Positions 18,372-30,077 of a DNA stretch of 64,000 nt are shown one piece after another (within the stretch, counting starts at the first letter, position 1; every line of letters starts with the position of its first letter). The translations under genes were made by a program, and so were the position numbers. A model generated the notes under the pieces. The model searched no databases. It saw only the letters and a program-made list of their open reading frames with translations, and had not been told where the DNA came from. The stretch is from contig CAVZKF010000023.1 of assembly GCA_963775775.1 (NCBI GenBank), forward strand, positions 10,163-74,162. Reading direction: 5' to 3'. Origin of the DNA: an uncultured Alphaproteobacteria bacterium. Lineage in GTDB: Bacteria; Pseudomonadota; Alphaproteobacteria; Rhizobiales; Beijerinckiaceae.

Positions 18372-18852
18372 TCTCCCGCATTCGATCGGGTCGCGCGTTT
18401 CGACAAGTCTCGAGAACGCGACGCCGCCACCATGAAGTCAGCGCGAAATTGTCCACGAACGCGCTCCCTCGAACGCTTCGGGCGTCGTATAACCGCGAGA
18501 CAAGGAGTTACGCCGCGGGTCATGGTCGCCTGAACGCTCATCTACTCGCATGTGACCAACCGCCGGCGACGCATCGGTCGGAAAATCTTTTCAACTCACT
18601 CTTGTTACGCAGAGTTCCCAAAGTCCACACCCTATTTGCGGCAAAAAACTAGGCGTCGCGTCGACATTGAACAACCATTAGGGTTGGATAACATTAATAA
18701 CTGTGGACAACTCGCTTGAGTGGCGAATATTTCACGATCCGCGGCGAGACGACCGGAGGTTTTCGCCGCCGCGGCGGCGTGGCGCCGGAGCGCCATCAAG
18801 GCGTCATTCGCCGACTGTAGTCCAGAAAAACTCTATCTGGAAGAACTCGCGC

Positions 18853-19563
18853 ATGCATGACGCCGCCAGCCAAACCGCGCTGCTTCCCGAGGCTCTCGTT
18901 GAAGGCTACGAGGGTTTTCTTACCGGGAAATTTCCGCGAGAACGGCAAAGGTTTCAGGATTTGGCCGCGGTCGGCCAGCATCCGCACACTCTAATAATCG
19001 GCTGTTGCGACTCCCGCGTCACGCCGGAAGAGATTTTCAATGTCGAACCTGGCGAACTGTTCGATGTTCGCAACGTCGCCAATTTGGTTCCGCCGTGCTC
19101 CGCCGATAATTATCATCATGGCTCCTGGGCGGCGATCGATTACGCGGTCACGGCGCTGCGGGTGAAGCATATCGTCGTGCTCGGCCACGCCAAATGCGGA
19201 GGCGTGCGCGCCTTTGTGGAGAGCCACTCGGGCGTCGCGGAACCGGCTTTGGAGAACGACGACTATCTTGGCGACTGGATCAGATTGATCGCGCCGGCCG
19301 CGCGGCGACTTGGGCCAGTTCCAGCGGCCTTCGACGCCTCCTACGCTCGGCATCTCGGCCTTAAATCGGTCAAGCAGGGTTTGCGCAATCTGCGCACATT
19401 TCCCAAGGTCGCCGCCTTGGAGCGGGTCGAAGCCCTCAAACTGCACGGCGCCTTCTTCGAGATCGAGGATGCGCGCCTGCTCGCGCTGGACGAAGCGCGC
19501 GACGAATTTGTCCAAATCGCGGCGCCCGCGCATGAAGCGACAATAGCGCAAGCGCGGTTTTGA
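18853..19563 (+). CDS. Beta-class carbonic anhydrase
   Basis: GCCDSRV, RNVANLVPP, GHAKCGG zinc ligands. Confidence 0.93.
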   Translation: MHDAASQTALLPEALVEGYEGFLTGKFPRERQRFQDLAAVGQHPHTLIIGCCDSRVTPEEIFNVEPGELFDVRNVANLVPPCSADNYHHGSWAAIDYAVTALRVKHIVVLGHAKCGGVRAFVESHSGVAEPALENDDYLGDWIRLIAPAARRLGPVPAAFDASYARHLGLKSVKQGLRNLRTFPKVAALERVEALKLHGAFFEIEDARLLALDEARDEFVQIAAPAHEATIAQARF

Positions 19564-19777
19564 TTGGCCGCCCCGACGAGGTTCACTCACAAATCGTTTT
19601 CAGCGCCCTATTTCTCGTCGCCGAGCAGCGCGGGCGACGAGACCTTCGCGCGGGCGCGATCGTCGCAAGATTGAAACACCGATCGCTCCGGCGTTAAAGA
19701 GCTTGGAGCCAAGCGGGAGTCCGATTAAGTTGATTTTACGTTCGCGCGCCGTTCCGCGGACGAGAGGGGACGTTTCA

Positions 19778-20182
19778 ATGCGGCGTGCGATATCGGCGAT
19801 GGCCTTCGCCATTTGCGCTTTCTGGGGCGGTCCGTCATGGGCCGCGACCGTCTCGGCGGAAGCCAAGCTCCGCGCCGGGCCGAGCATTCATGCGCGCGTG
19901 CTCGGCGTGCTCGCCGAGGGCGTGGAAGTCATTGTCGAAAGCGTCCATCAAGGCGCGCGCCACGACTGGACTTTCGTCACGGTCGCCGGGCTACGCGGCT
20001 ACGTCGCCGCCGCCGAACTGGCGCCTCAGCCCTACGCGTCCACGCTCGCGGCCGAGAATCCGCATTGCGATCTCGGCTATCCTTACTCCGGCAGCAGCGT
20101 CTATTTCACCGGGCTCACGGAATTGCGCACCTCGGAGCCGCTCGGCGCCTTGCTTGGATACCATATCCAGCGGCCCTGCTGA
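19778..20182 (+). CDS. Secreted bacterial SH3-domain protein
   Basis: Signal peptide; LRAGPS...W..V...GLRGYV. Confidence 0.7.
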   Translation: MRRAISAMAFAICAFWGGPSWAATVSAEAKLRAGPSIHARVLGVLAEGVEVIVESVHQGARHDWTFVTVAGLRGYVAAAELAPQPYASTLAAENPHCDLGYPYSGSSVYFTGLTELRTSEPLGALLGYHIQRPC

Positions 20183-20407
20183 TTTTGATTCGCGAGTGAT
20201 TTTCTTTGTGGGCGACTTGACTCCGTCGCCATGTCGACGGCACTAAAGTCCTGCGACAAATTCGCGCGATAACGCGCTCTTGAGTGTCGCCAAGCGCCGC
20301 GATCGCGCGATGAGCGCACATAAATCCGCGCTATTTCGGGCGATAGGCGTGACAATGTTTCGCGCGATGTGACACTTGCGCGCAGCGAGGCCTCTAGGGC
20401 CAGCTCG

Positions 20408-20421
20408 TTGATCATTGTCAA
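20408..20421. promoter_or_regulatory. FNR/FixK box upstream of ccoN
   Basis: TTGAT-CATT-GTCAA, one mismatch to TTGAT-N4-ATCAA. Confidence 0.85.
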
Positions 20422-20553
20422 ATAACTGTAGCGTTGTGCATCGTACAATTCTTCCGAAAACCCCGAATACGTCTCGCGGGGATGCCGTGGTTTTTTCAAC
20501 GTATTCCCCGCATCTCGCTTATGCGCCCGAAAAATCCACGAGGACGTGACATC

Positions 20554-22211
20554 ATGGAGCGACTGCCTCTTATTCCGAAACGACGGACCTTTGGCGAAAT
20601 TTCGCTTTCGGCGATCCTTGTGTTGCTCGCGATCGGCGCCGCCTTCATCGCGACGCGGGCCTACACGCCGGCTTACGCCTTCCACATGGCGTTGTTTTCG
20701 CTCTGCTCCGTCCTCGCCGTCGTCGCGATCAACATGCGCTTCGACGCGCGGCCGACCTCGCCCACGCCGCTCGTCATCGACGGCAAACCCAATTACAACT
20801 ACGGCCCGATCAAATTCGCGTCGCTGGCCGCGCTGTTCTGGGGAACGGCGGGATTTATCGTCGGGCTGTATCTCGCGCTCGAACTCGCCTTTCCCGATGC
20901 TCAATTTCGATCTTCCCTGGATCAATTTCGGGCGATTGCGGCCGTTGCACACCTCCGCGGTGATCTTCGCCTTCGGCGGCAACGTTCTGTTGGCGACGTC
21001 CTTTTATGTCGTGCAGCGCACCTCGCGCGCGCGCATCGCGGGGGATCTCGCGCCGTGGTTCGTGGTGCTCGGCTACAACTTCTTCATTCTGATCGCCGGC
21101 ACGGGCTATCTGCTCGGCATTACGCGCAGCCATGAATACGCCGAGCCGGAGTGGTACGCGATTCTATGGCTGGTGGTCGTCTGGGTCGATTTATCTGCTC
21201 GTTTATCTCGTGACGCTGGCCCGGCGCACGGAGCCGCATATTTATGTCGCCAACTGGTTCTACCTCGCCTTTATCGTGACGATCGCCGTGCTGGTGCTCG
21301 GCAACAACACGGAAATCCCGATTTCGATCTATTCGTCGCAATCGGTGATCGTCTGGGCGGGCGTGCAGGACGCCATGATTCAGTGGTGGTACGGACATAA
21401 CGCCGTGGGCTTCTTCCTGACGGCGGGCTTTCTGGGCATCGTTTACTACTTCGTGCCCAAGCGCGCCGAGCGGCCGATCTACTCCTATCGCCTGTCGATC
21501 GTGCACTTTTGGTCGCTGATCTTCCTCTACATCTGGGCGGGGCCGCATCATCTGCACTACACCGCCTTGCCCGACTGGGCGCAGACGCTCGGCATGGTGT
21601 TCTCGGTGATGCTGTGGATGCCGTCCTGGGGCGGCATGATCAACGGACTGATGACGCTTTCGGGAGCCTGGGACAAGCTGCGCACCGATCCCGTGCTGCG
21701 CATGATGGTGGTGTCGGTCGCCTTCTACGGCATGTCGACCTTCGAGGGCCCGCTGATGTCGGTGAAGGCGGTCAATTCGCTCAGCCATTACACCGATTGG
21801 GGCATCGGCCATGTCCATTCGGGGAGCCTCGGCTGGGTCGGCTTCGTCTCCTTCGGCGCGCTCTATTGCCTGATCCCGTGGATCTGGAACAAGAAGCTTT
21901 ACTCGCTGAAGCTGGTTAACTGGCACTTCTGGATCTCGACCATCGGCATCGTCTTCTACATCTCGGCGATGTGGGTCGCGGGCATCATGCAGGGCCTCAT
22001 GTGGCGCGCATACACCCCGCAGGGCTTTCTCGAATATTCATTCGTCGAGACGACGGAAGCGCTGCATCCCGAATATCTCATCCGCGCGGCTGGCGGCGGC
22101 CTCTTCGTGGTCGGCATGCTGATCATGTTGGTGAATATCTACAAAACCATCGCCGCGCCCAGGGCCGATGAAATCTTCGAGGCCGCCACGTCGCCCATCC
22201 CGGCAGAGTGA
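20554..22211 (+). CDS. ccoN: cbb3-type cytochrome c oxidase subunit I (frameshifts near 20895 and 21190)
   Basis: [38 protein letters not shown]. Confidence 0.95.
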
Positions 22212-22222
22212 GGACGAGAAAA

Positions 22223-22972
22223 ATGTCGAACACGACCCAACATGCTCCCTCGGGACTGAACAAGCTGCTGGAAACCAACTCGATCATGCTGTTGCTCGGC
22301 ATTCTGCTGATGATTTCGGTGGGCGGAATCATCGAGATCGTGCCCTTGTTCTATCTCAGGAACACGATCGAGCAGGTCGAGGGCGTGCGGCCCTATACGC
22401 CGCTCGAGCTGGCCGGCTTCAACATCTATGTGCGCGAGGGCTGCTACACTTGCCATTCGCAAATGATCCGGCCGCTGCGCGACGAGGTGGAGCGCTATGG
22501 CCATTACTCGCTCGCGGCCGAGAGCATGTACGACCATCCGCATCAATGGGGCTCGAAGCGCAACGGCCCCGACCTCGCGCGCGTCGGCGGCAAATATTCG
22601 AATGACTGGCAACGCGACCACATGCGCGATCCGCGCGCGGTGGTGCCGTCCTCGATCATGCCGGGTTATGCCTTCTTGTCGAAGGCGCCCGTCGATGGCG
22701 CCCATCTCGCCGAGCAGATGCGCCTGCTGCGGGTGGTCGGCGTGCCTTACAGCGACGAGCAGATCGACAACGCGGCGGCCGATCTCGCCGCGCAGGCGGT
22801 CTCCGACGACGCGGGCGGCGCGGATTTGCAGAAGCGCTATCCCAACGCCGTGCTCGGCGACGTGGCCGGCAAGTCCTCCGTCACCGAGGAAGACGCGCTG
22901 ATCGCCTATCTGCAGCATCTCGGCGTCTCCGTGGACTTCAAGCTTTACGACGACAAGGCCAACATCAGGTGA
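22223..22972 (+). CDS. ccoO: cbb3 oxidase subunit II
   Basis: REGCYTCHSQMIRP, WGSKRNGPDLAR. Confidence 0.96.
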   Translation: MSNTTQHAPSGLNKLLETNSIMLLLGILLMISVGGIIEIVPLFYLRNTIEQVEGVRPYTPLELAGFNIYVREGCYTCHSQMIRPLRDEVERYGHYSLAAESMYDHPHQWGSKRNGPDLARVGGKYSNDWQRDHMRDPRAVVPSSIMPGYAFLSKAPVDGAHLAEQMRLLRVVGVPYSDEQIDNAAADLAAQAVSDDAGGADLQKRYPNAVLGDVAGKSSVTEEDALIAYLQHLGVSVDFKLYDDKANIR

Positions 22973-23018
22973 ATCTCATAGGGCGTCCGGCAGGACGCCC
23001 GTCCGACGGAGGCAAACC

Positions 23019-23186
23019 ATGACGACCGGAGACGTTTCCACTTTCGAGGCGTGGCGGGATTTCGCGGCGTCCTGGGGCTTCGCCTATTTCGCCCTGATCT
23101 TCATCGGCGCGCTCGCCTATGTATTGCGGCCTTCTCGCCGTGAATACTTCGACGAGGCCGGCAAAATTCCGCTGCGGGAGGACTGA
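23019..23186 (+). CDS. ccoQ: cbb3 oxidase subunit IV (55 aa, not in the ORF track)
   Basis: GGAGG RBS; FAASWGFAYFALIFIGALAYVLRP...FDEAGKIPLRED. Confidence 0.9.
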   Translation: MTTGDVSTFEAWRDFAASWGFAYFALIFIGALAYVLRPSRREYFDEAGKIPLRED

Positions 23187-23188
23187 GA

Positions 23189-24079
23189 ATGTCCGTGGAC
23201 AATCTGCACGACAGCAAAATTCGCATCGACGAGCATAGCGGCACGGCCACGACCGGACATGAATGGGACGGCATAGAGGAACTCAACACGCCGCTGCCGC
23301 GCTGGTGGGTGTGGACCTTTATCGCGACCGTGGTTTGGTCGCTTGCCTATTGCGTCATTTATCCGGCTTGGCCGCTACTGCATGGCGCGACCGATGGCGT
23401 ACTCGGATGGCACTCGCGCGCGGCGGTGGTTCAGGATATCGCCGACCTGCAAGCGACCCGCGCGCCAATACTCGCCAAGATCAAGGACGCGCCGCTGGAT
23501 TCCATGGAGAAAAATCCGGAACTGCTCGCCGCCGCGCGCACGGTGGGTCGAGTGGCCTTCCTAAATAATTGCGCCGCCTGCCACGGCGCCGGCGCGCAGG
23601 GGGCGAAGGGCTATCCCAATCTCAACACCGACGCCTGGATCTGGGGCGGCAAGCTCGCCGACATCAAGACCACGATCGAGCACGGCGTGCGTTGGGACGC
23701 GGACAAGCAAGCCCGTGCTTCGTCCATGCCCGCTTTCGGACGCGACGGCATTCTGACGCCCGAGCAGATATCCGACGTGGCGGATTGGGTGCGCACCATG
23801 GCGGACGTCCCCGACGCGCTGGCGCCCGAGACCAAGGGTGAAAAGCTCTTCAATGAGAATTGCGCCGCTTGCCATGGGGTTAACGGCGAGGGTAATCGTG
23901 ATGTCGGAGCGCCCAATCTGTTCGACGCTGTCTGGCTCTATGGCTCCGACAAGGCGACGATCGTCAACCGCATCAATCAGGGCGGCGGCGGCGTGATGCC
24001 GGCCTGGAAAGGTCGGCTCGACGACACCACTATCAAGGCGCTGACCGTTTACGTCCACTCGCTCGGCGGAGGCCAGTAA
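23189..24079 (+). CDS. ccoP: cbb3 oxidase subunit III
   Basis: TTGHEWDGIEELNTPLPRWW, two CAACH heme motifs. Confidence 0.96.
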   Translation: MSVDNLHDSKIRIDEHSGTATTGHEWDGIEELNTPLPRWWVWTFIATVVWSLAYCVIYPAWPLLHGATDGVLGWHSRAAVVQDIADLQATRAPILAKIKDAPLDSMEKNPELLAAARTVGRVAFLNNCAACHGAGAQGAKGYPNLNTDAWIWGGKLADIKTTIEHGVRWDADKQARASSMPAFGRDGILTPEQISDVADWVRTMADVPDALAPETKGEKLFNENCAACHGVNGEGNRDVGAPNLFDAVWLYGSDKATIVNRINQGGGGVMPAWKGRLDDTTIKALTVYVHSLGGGQ

Positions 24080-24082
24080 GAG

Positions 24083-24115
24083 CGCGCGCCGGCCTCACGT
24101 CGAGGCCGGCGCGCG
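24083..24115. terminator. Perfect 14-bp GC hairpin between ccoP and ccoG (terminator or mRNA stabiliser, no U tract)
   Basis: CGCGCGCCGGCCTC-ACGTC-GAGGCCGGCGCGCG. Confidence 0.6.
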
Positions 24116-24146
24116 GTTCCGCTCAAACTCAAGGAAAGGGCCTAGC

Positions 24147-25602
24147 TTGTCCAGTTCGGAGACCGCGTCCCACGGCAACGCCGACGGCGCTCTCTACGCG
24201 CCCGCGCGCAAGATCTACCCCAAGAAGGTCGACGGCGAGTTTCGCCGGATCAAATGGGGCATTCAGCTGTTCACGCTGGCGATCTACTATCTGCTGCCTT
24301 TCATGCGTTGGCACCGAGGCGCTGGCGAGCCGTCGCAGGCGGTTCTGGTCGATCTGGAACACCGCCGCTTCTTTTTCTTCTTCATCGAGATTTGGCCGCA
24401 GGAAGTCTATTACGCCACCGGCCTGTTGATTGTCGCCGCGCTGACGCTGTTTCTGATGAACGCCGTCGCCGGCCGCATCTGGTGCGGCTACATGTGTCCG
24501 CAGACGGTCTGGACCGATTTGTTCCAAATGACCGAACGCTGGATCGAGGGCGACGCGCGCGAACGCATGCGCAAGGACGCCGGCCCCTGGACCCTGCAAA
24601 GGATTCGCGAGAAAATCGCCAAACACGCGCTGTGGCTGTTGATCGCCTGGTGGACCGGCGGCGCCTGGGTGCTTTATTTCGCCGACGCGCCGACGCTCGT
24701 CCACAAGCTCATAACTTTCGCGCCGGGCTGCGGCCAAGCCTATATGTGGATCGGCATTTTCACCTTCACGACCTATGTGCTAGCGGGAGTGATGCGCGAG
24801 CAGACGTGCCTTTATATGTGTCCATGGCCGCGCATCCAGGCGGCGCTGACCGACGAATACGCGCTCAACGTCACCTACCGCTATGATCGCGGCGAACCGC
24901 GCGAATCGCTGAAGCACGCGACTCTGCTGCGGGAGCAGGGGAAGCCGGCGGGGGATTGCGTCGATTGCGGCCAATGCGTCGCCGTTTGTCCGACCGGCGT
25001 CGATATTCGCCACGGCGCCTCGCTCGGCTGCATCCAATGCGGATTATGCATCGACGCATGCGACAGCGTGATGGAGAAGATCGGCCGTCCGACGCGGCTG
25101 ATCGCCTATGACACCGAAATGAACATCAAGCGCCGCCAATGCGGCCAACCGTCGATCTATAAGCCGATCCGCGCGCGGACCATCATTTACGCGGCGCTTG
25201 ATCGTCGCCATCGGCGGCTTCATGTTGTTCACCCTGGCGACGCGCGGCGATATGCGGCTTAACGTTCTGCATGACCGCAACCCTCTGACGGTGACGTTGA
25301 AGGATGGAAGCGTGCGCAACGCCTATACGATCCGCATCTCGAACATGAAGGCGGCGACGCGCCGCTTCACGCTGGAGATCGCGGGCGCGTCGGGCGCGCA
25401 GATCGATCTCGTGGGCGAGGCGGCCGACACGCAGGGCCACCTCGTCGTCGAGGTCGGCGTCGATCAGACTCGCGAGGCGCGCGTGCTGGTGACGATGCGC
25501 GGCGCGCATGCGGCGGATGCGCCGCTGCCGCTGACCTTCACCGCGCGCGAAATCGGCGGCGACGCCAGCATATCCACGAAGGACGTATTCCTTTGGCGTT
25601 AG
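24147..25602 (+). CDS. ccoG: cbb3 accessory polyferredoxin (frameshift near 25200)
   Basis: GRIWCGYMCPQTVW, CVDCGQCVAVCPTG, CIQCGLCIDAC. Confidence 0.93.
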
Positions 25603-25642
25603 CGCTTTCGCGCAACGACGCCTTTCGAGCAGGAGAACTCCG

Positions 25643-26176
25643 ATGTCGTCTTACGATCTCGTTCCAGACAAGACTGTAGCCGACAAGGGAAGGCCGCTCA
25701 CCGGCTGGATGGTGCTTGCCATGTTGCTGGCGTTTTTCGGCGTGATCGGCTCCGTCAACGCTTTTATGGTCTATTCCGCGCTGTCCACATTCAGCGGCGA
25801 GGTCGAGCCGCATCCTTATGAACATGGAATAGCCTATAACCGCGAGATCGCCAGCGCGCGCGAACAGGCGGCGCGCGGCTGGAAGGTCGACGCCTCGCTG
25901 GAGCGTCTGTCCTCGGGCGAGACGCTGATATCAGTATTGGCTCGGGACGCCAGCGGCGCGGATATTTCCGGCGTGGAGGTCGCCGCCAATCTGGCTTCTC
26001 CCGCCGATAAGAGGCAGGACGCGCCGGCGAAACTGTTGGAAATCGCGCCGGGGCGTTTCGAGGCCCGCGTCGTCGTGGCGCCGTGGCGCGCGCGATCTCG
26101 TCCTAACGGCTTCACGGGGCGGGCGGGAGGTCTTCCGTTCGCGCAGCCGTCTGCAAATCGAGTGAACCCGCCATGA
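25643..26176 (+). CDS. ccoH: FixH/CcoH family protein (probable frameshift near the C-terminus)
   Basis: LTGWMVLAMLLAFFGVIGSVN...YNREIA..AARGW. Confidence 0.88.
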   Translation: MSSYDLVPDKTVADKGRPLTGWMVLAMLLAFFGVIGSVNAFMVYSALSTFSGEVEPHPYEHGIAYNREIASAREQAARGWKVDASLERLSSGETLISVLARDASGADISGVEVAANLASPADKRQDAPAKLLEIAPGRFEARVVVAPWRARSRPNGFTGRAGGLPFAQPSANRVNPP

Positions 26177-28381
26177 GCGCGCCCGCTCTCGACTTCGAGG
26201 CGCTTGTCACCCGCGGCGAGGACGGCTCGTTTCGCCTCGAGGCGGCGATCGAGGGGATGACCTGCGCCGCCTGCATCGGCGACATAGAATCCGCCCTGCG
26301 CAATCTTCCCGGCCTCATCGCCGCGCGCGTCAATTACACCAACCGGCGCTTGTCGCTGGAGTGGCGCGAAAGCGCGTTCGAACTCGCGGGCGTTTTCGAG
26401 CGTCTGCGCCGCATGGGTTATCGCCTTCACCCGTTCGAAGTCGCCAGCGGCGAGCGCGCGGAGGAAGAAGCCTCGAAACGACTGCTGCGCTGTCTCGCCA
26501 TCGCGGCCTTCGCGGCGATGAACATCATGCTGCTGTCCGCGGCCGTGTGGATCGGCGAGGAGACGGACATCGATCCGACGACGCGCGACATGTTCCACGG
26601 CCTCTCGGCGTTGATCGCGCTGCCGGCGGCGGCTTTCGCGGGTCAGCCCTTCTTCGAGAGCGCCTTTAACGCCCTGCGCGCGCGCCGGCTCAACATGGAC
26701 GTTCCGATCTCGCTCGGCGTCGTGCTCGCCCTGGCCATGTCGGTTTACGAGACGCTCACACATGCGCAGCGCGCTTATTTCGACAGCGCGATCATGCTGC
26801 TCGCCTTTCTGTTGCTCGGGCGCTATCTCGACGCCGCGATGCGCCGCAAGACGCGCGGCGTCGCCGCCAATCTCGCCGCGTTGCGCGCGCCGCTCGCCTG
26901 CCGCCTCGGCGCGGACGGGCGTGAGACGATGGTCGCGGCGGCGGCGCTGCGGCGCGGCGATCGCGTGCTCGCGCGTCCGGGCGAGGTTTTGCCAGCCGAT
27001 GGCGTCGTTGTCGCCGGCGCGTCGACGCTCGACGAAGGCATCGTCACCGGCGAAACCGCGCGTCGTCCCGTTTCCCGCGGCGAGCGGGTTTATGCCGGCA
27101 GCCTGAACCATGACGGCGCGTTGACGCTGGAAGTCGAGGCGGCCGGGGCCGGCACGCTGCTTGGCGAGATCGAGCGCTTGTTGGAGAAGGCGACGAGCGC
27201 GCGCTCGCGCTATGTGCGGCTCGCCGATCGCGTCTCGCGATTTTACGCGCCCGTGGTGCATCTGGCCGCGCTGGCGACCGCGCTGTTCTGGCTGTGGCGC
27301 GGCGCGTCGATTCACGACGCGCTCGTGACGGCCATCTCCGTGCTGATCGTCACCTGTCCTTGTGCGCTAGCGCTCGCCGTGCCGGCGGTTCAGGTGGTCG
27401 CGAGCGGCGCCTTGTTCCGCGGCGGCGTATTGCTCAACGCGGCCGACGCGCTCGAACGCTTCGCGCAAATCGACACTGTGGTCTTCGACAAAACGGGCAC
27501 GCTGACCGCGCCGCATCCTTGTGTCGTCAACGCCGAGGACTTCGACTCCGAGCTCGTCGAACGCGCGGCGGGTCTGGCGCGCGTCAGCAGCCATCCGCTC
27601 GCCCAGGCCGTGGCGCGCGCGCGGCCCGACGCGCCATTGCTCGCCGACGCGACCGAGGAGCGCGGGCAGGGGGTGCGCGCGCTGATCGATGGCGTCGAGG
27701 CGCGGTTGGGCTCGCCTGATTTTTGCGGACTTGAGGAGGAGGTCGCGCATCTTGGCGCGTTGGCGGCGGACGTCTCGCTGGTCGCCTTCCGCCACGGCGC
27801 GCGTCACGCGCTGTTCCAGTTGCGCCAAACCTTGCGCGGCGACGCGGCCGCGGTGGTCGCGGCGCTGGCGCGGCGCGGCCTCTCCATCGAAATCCTCTCG
27901 GGCGATCGCGCCGAGGCGGTGGAGTCCGTCGCCAGGGCGCTCGAAGTCGCGAATTGGCGGGGCGGGCTAAAGCCCGCCGAAAAGGTCGCGCGGATCGAGG
28001 CGCTGCGGGCGGCGGGCCGCAAGGTTCTGATGGTCGGCGACGGGCTGAACGACGCGCCGGCGCTGGCCAGCGCTCACGCCTCCATGTCGCCGATCGACGC
28101 CGACGCAGGTCACGCAGGCGGCGGCCGACGCGGTGTTTTTGGGAGAGCGCCTCGCGCCCGTGCTGGCGACGGTCGAGACAAGCGCGGAGGCGCGGCGCGT
28201 CATGCGCCAAAACCTCGCGCTCTCCGTGATCTACAATCTTTTCGCCACGCCGCTGGCGATGTGCGGGCTGTTGACGCCGCTGATCGCCGCCGCGGCCATG
28301 TCGGGCTCCTCCCTTCTAGTGACGTTGAACGCCCTGCGCACGGGCAAGCAAGTGCGCGGACTCGGCGAGGGCGCGCCATGA
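26173..28381 (+). CDS. ccoI: Copper P1B-type ATPase (frameshift near 28100)
   Basis: GMTCAAC, TGE, CPCAL, DKTGT, GDGLNDAP. Confidence 0.93.
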
Positions 28382-28536
28382 CCGTATTGTTGTTTCTCGT
28401 GCCGCTGGCGCTCGCCTTGGGATTTGTCGGGCTGATGGGCTTCCTCTGGTCTCTGAAATCGGGACAATTTGATGATCTCGACGGCGCGGCGCGGCGCGTG
28501 CTGTCGAACGACGACATCGATGAGGAGCGGCGGTGA
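28378..28536 (+). CDS. ccoS: cbb3 assembly protein
   Basis: MTVLLFLVPLAL...WSLKSGQFDDLDGAARRVL. Confidence 0.92.
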   Translation: MTVLLFLVPLALALGFVGLMGFLWSLKSGQFDDLDGAARRVLSNDDIDEERR

Positions 28537-29634
28537 GCGTCGACGATCTGAAAATGCGTCCGGGCGAACTGGCCTGTATCTGCGGCTCGACCGAAGGCGG
28601 CGACGACGCGCTCGATGCGCACGATCTCGGACGCCTCGCCGCCGGCTTTGGCCTTTCGGCGCTGGCGCAGGCTCTGGTGCTCACCACCTTGCCCGAGGCG
28701 AGCCGCATCTCTCGCCCCAACGCTCGACCGGCTCGGCTGGCCCTATGCGCTGCTGCTGGTCGGCGCCGCGCTCGCGACCTTTCCGGCCGCGTTTCTGATC
28801 GACGCCTTCGGGCGGCGCTCCGCCTTCGCGCTGGGCGCCAGTCTTGGCGTCGGGGGCGGATTGCTCACGGCCTTCGCGGCGTCGCGCGGAAATTTCTCCG
28901 CGTTGTGCCTTGGCGCCTTCTGGCTTGGGCTCGCTCAGGGCTTCGCCCTGTTTTATCGCCACATAGCGGCGCGCGGCTCGGCTCTGGCGACGCGCGCGGG
29001 GCTCGTGGTTCTGGCCGGCGGGGCGGTGGCGGCGGGCGGAGCGCCGGCGTTGATCCGCTTCGGCGCGCTGTTCGGCGAGGGCGTCGGACCATTGCTGATC
29101 ATCGCCGCCGCGCTGCACGCGCTCGCCTTGTGGCTGGCGACCCGCCTGCCGCATGCGATAGCCCCGATAAGATTGGAGGCGCGCCCCGTCGCCGCCTCGT
29201 CGTGGCGTTTTGTCGCCGCGACGCTCGGCGGCGCGCTGGGCTGGTTCCTGATGGCGGCCGGGATGTTGCACGGACCGTTGCAACTATCGCTATGCCAGGC
29301 GTCGCGCGGTTTTATCGGCGCGGCGATGGCGTGGCATCTGCTCGCAATGTATGGCCCGGCGGCGCTCGCCGCGCGCTGGCCGAAGCTGGCGCCGTCCGCC
29401 CTGTCCATGCTCGGCGGGCTGGCGGCGATGCTGATGGCGCTGGGCGCCGTGCGCGCCGGGACGAGCGTTTTCAGCGTGACGGCGGCGATGATGGTCATCG
29501 GGGGAGGCTGGTCCCTGGTCAATGTCGGCGCGATGCGCCTGCTGCATGATAAGGGCCGTCCGCCGCGATTGGCGCTCGCGTTGCACGATCTTTGTCTGCT
29601 GGGCGCCGCGGCGGCTGGGGCGCTGGCGCTTTAG
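28533..29634 (+). CDS. MFS-like membrane protein (frameshift near 28712)
   Basis: DAFGRRSAF motif, many TM segments, WHLLAMYGP. Confidence 0.7.
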
Positions 29635-30077
29635 GCGGCGGTCGGGGCCACGCCGTCGAGGCGCGTCTCGCGAATTATCCGATGCCGAGGAACTTCTTCG
29701 CCGGAACAAGATTGTCGCCGAATTCCTTGAAAAAACGAACGAATTGGGCGCGTTCCGTCACCGACAGGCCGACATCGGCGTCGCGAGAAAAGGGGATGTT
29801 GGAGGCGTCCAATTTGGCCAATGTTCCAGACGCCAGCGCGGGAATTCAATTTCGACGCCGCCGCCACAGAGGAGCCGCGCGCGGGTCTTTCCGCTGGTTT
29901 TTAGTTCGCGCCGCATCGCTATCGCTCGCCCCGCGCGGGCTTTTGACGGCGCGGGGCGGGGGCGCCGCCATTTTGGACGGCGCACGATCGGCGCGCGGTT
30001 CATCGCGCTGTTGCGGCGGCCGCCTCCACCATCTACAGCGTGACGTATTCCGTTGACGCGCGGATGTCGGACGAAAG

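Noticed and set aside
26173-28536. CcoI-CcoS fusion suggested by the 787-aa ORF
   Set aside because: Artefact of the frameshift near 28100; the normal CcoI C-terminus is in another frame ending at 28381
29675-29916. Small minus-strand ORF ending FFKEFGDNLVPAKKFLGIG
   Set aside because: Needs an assumed frameshift and has no recognisable motif; not enough support to call
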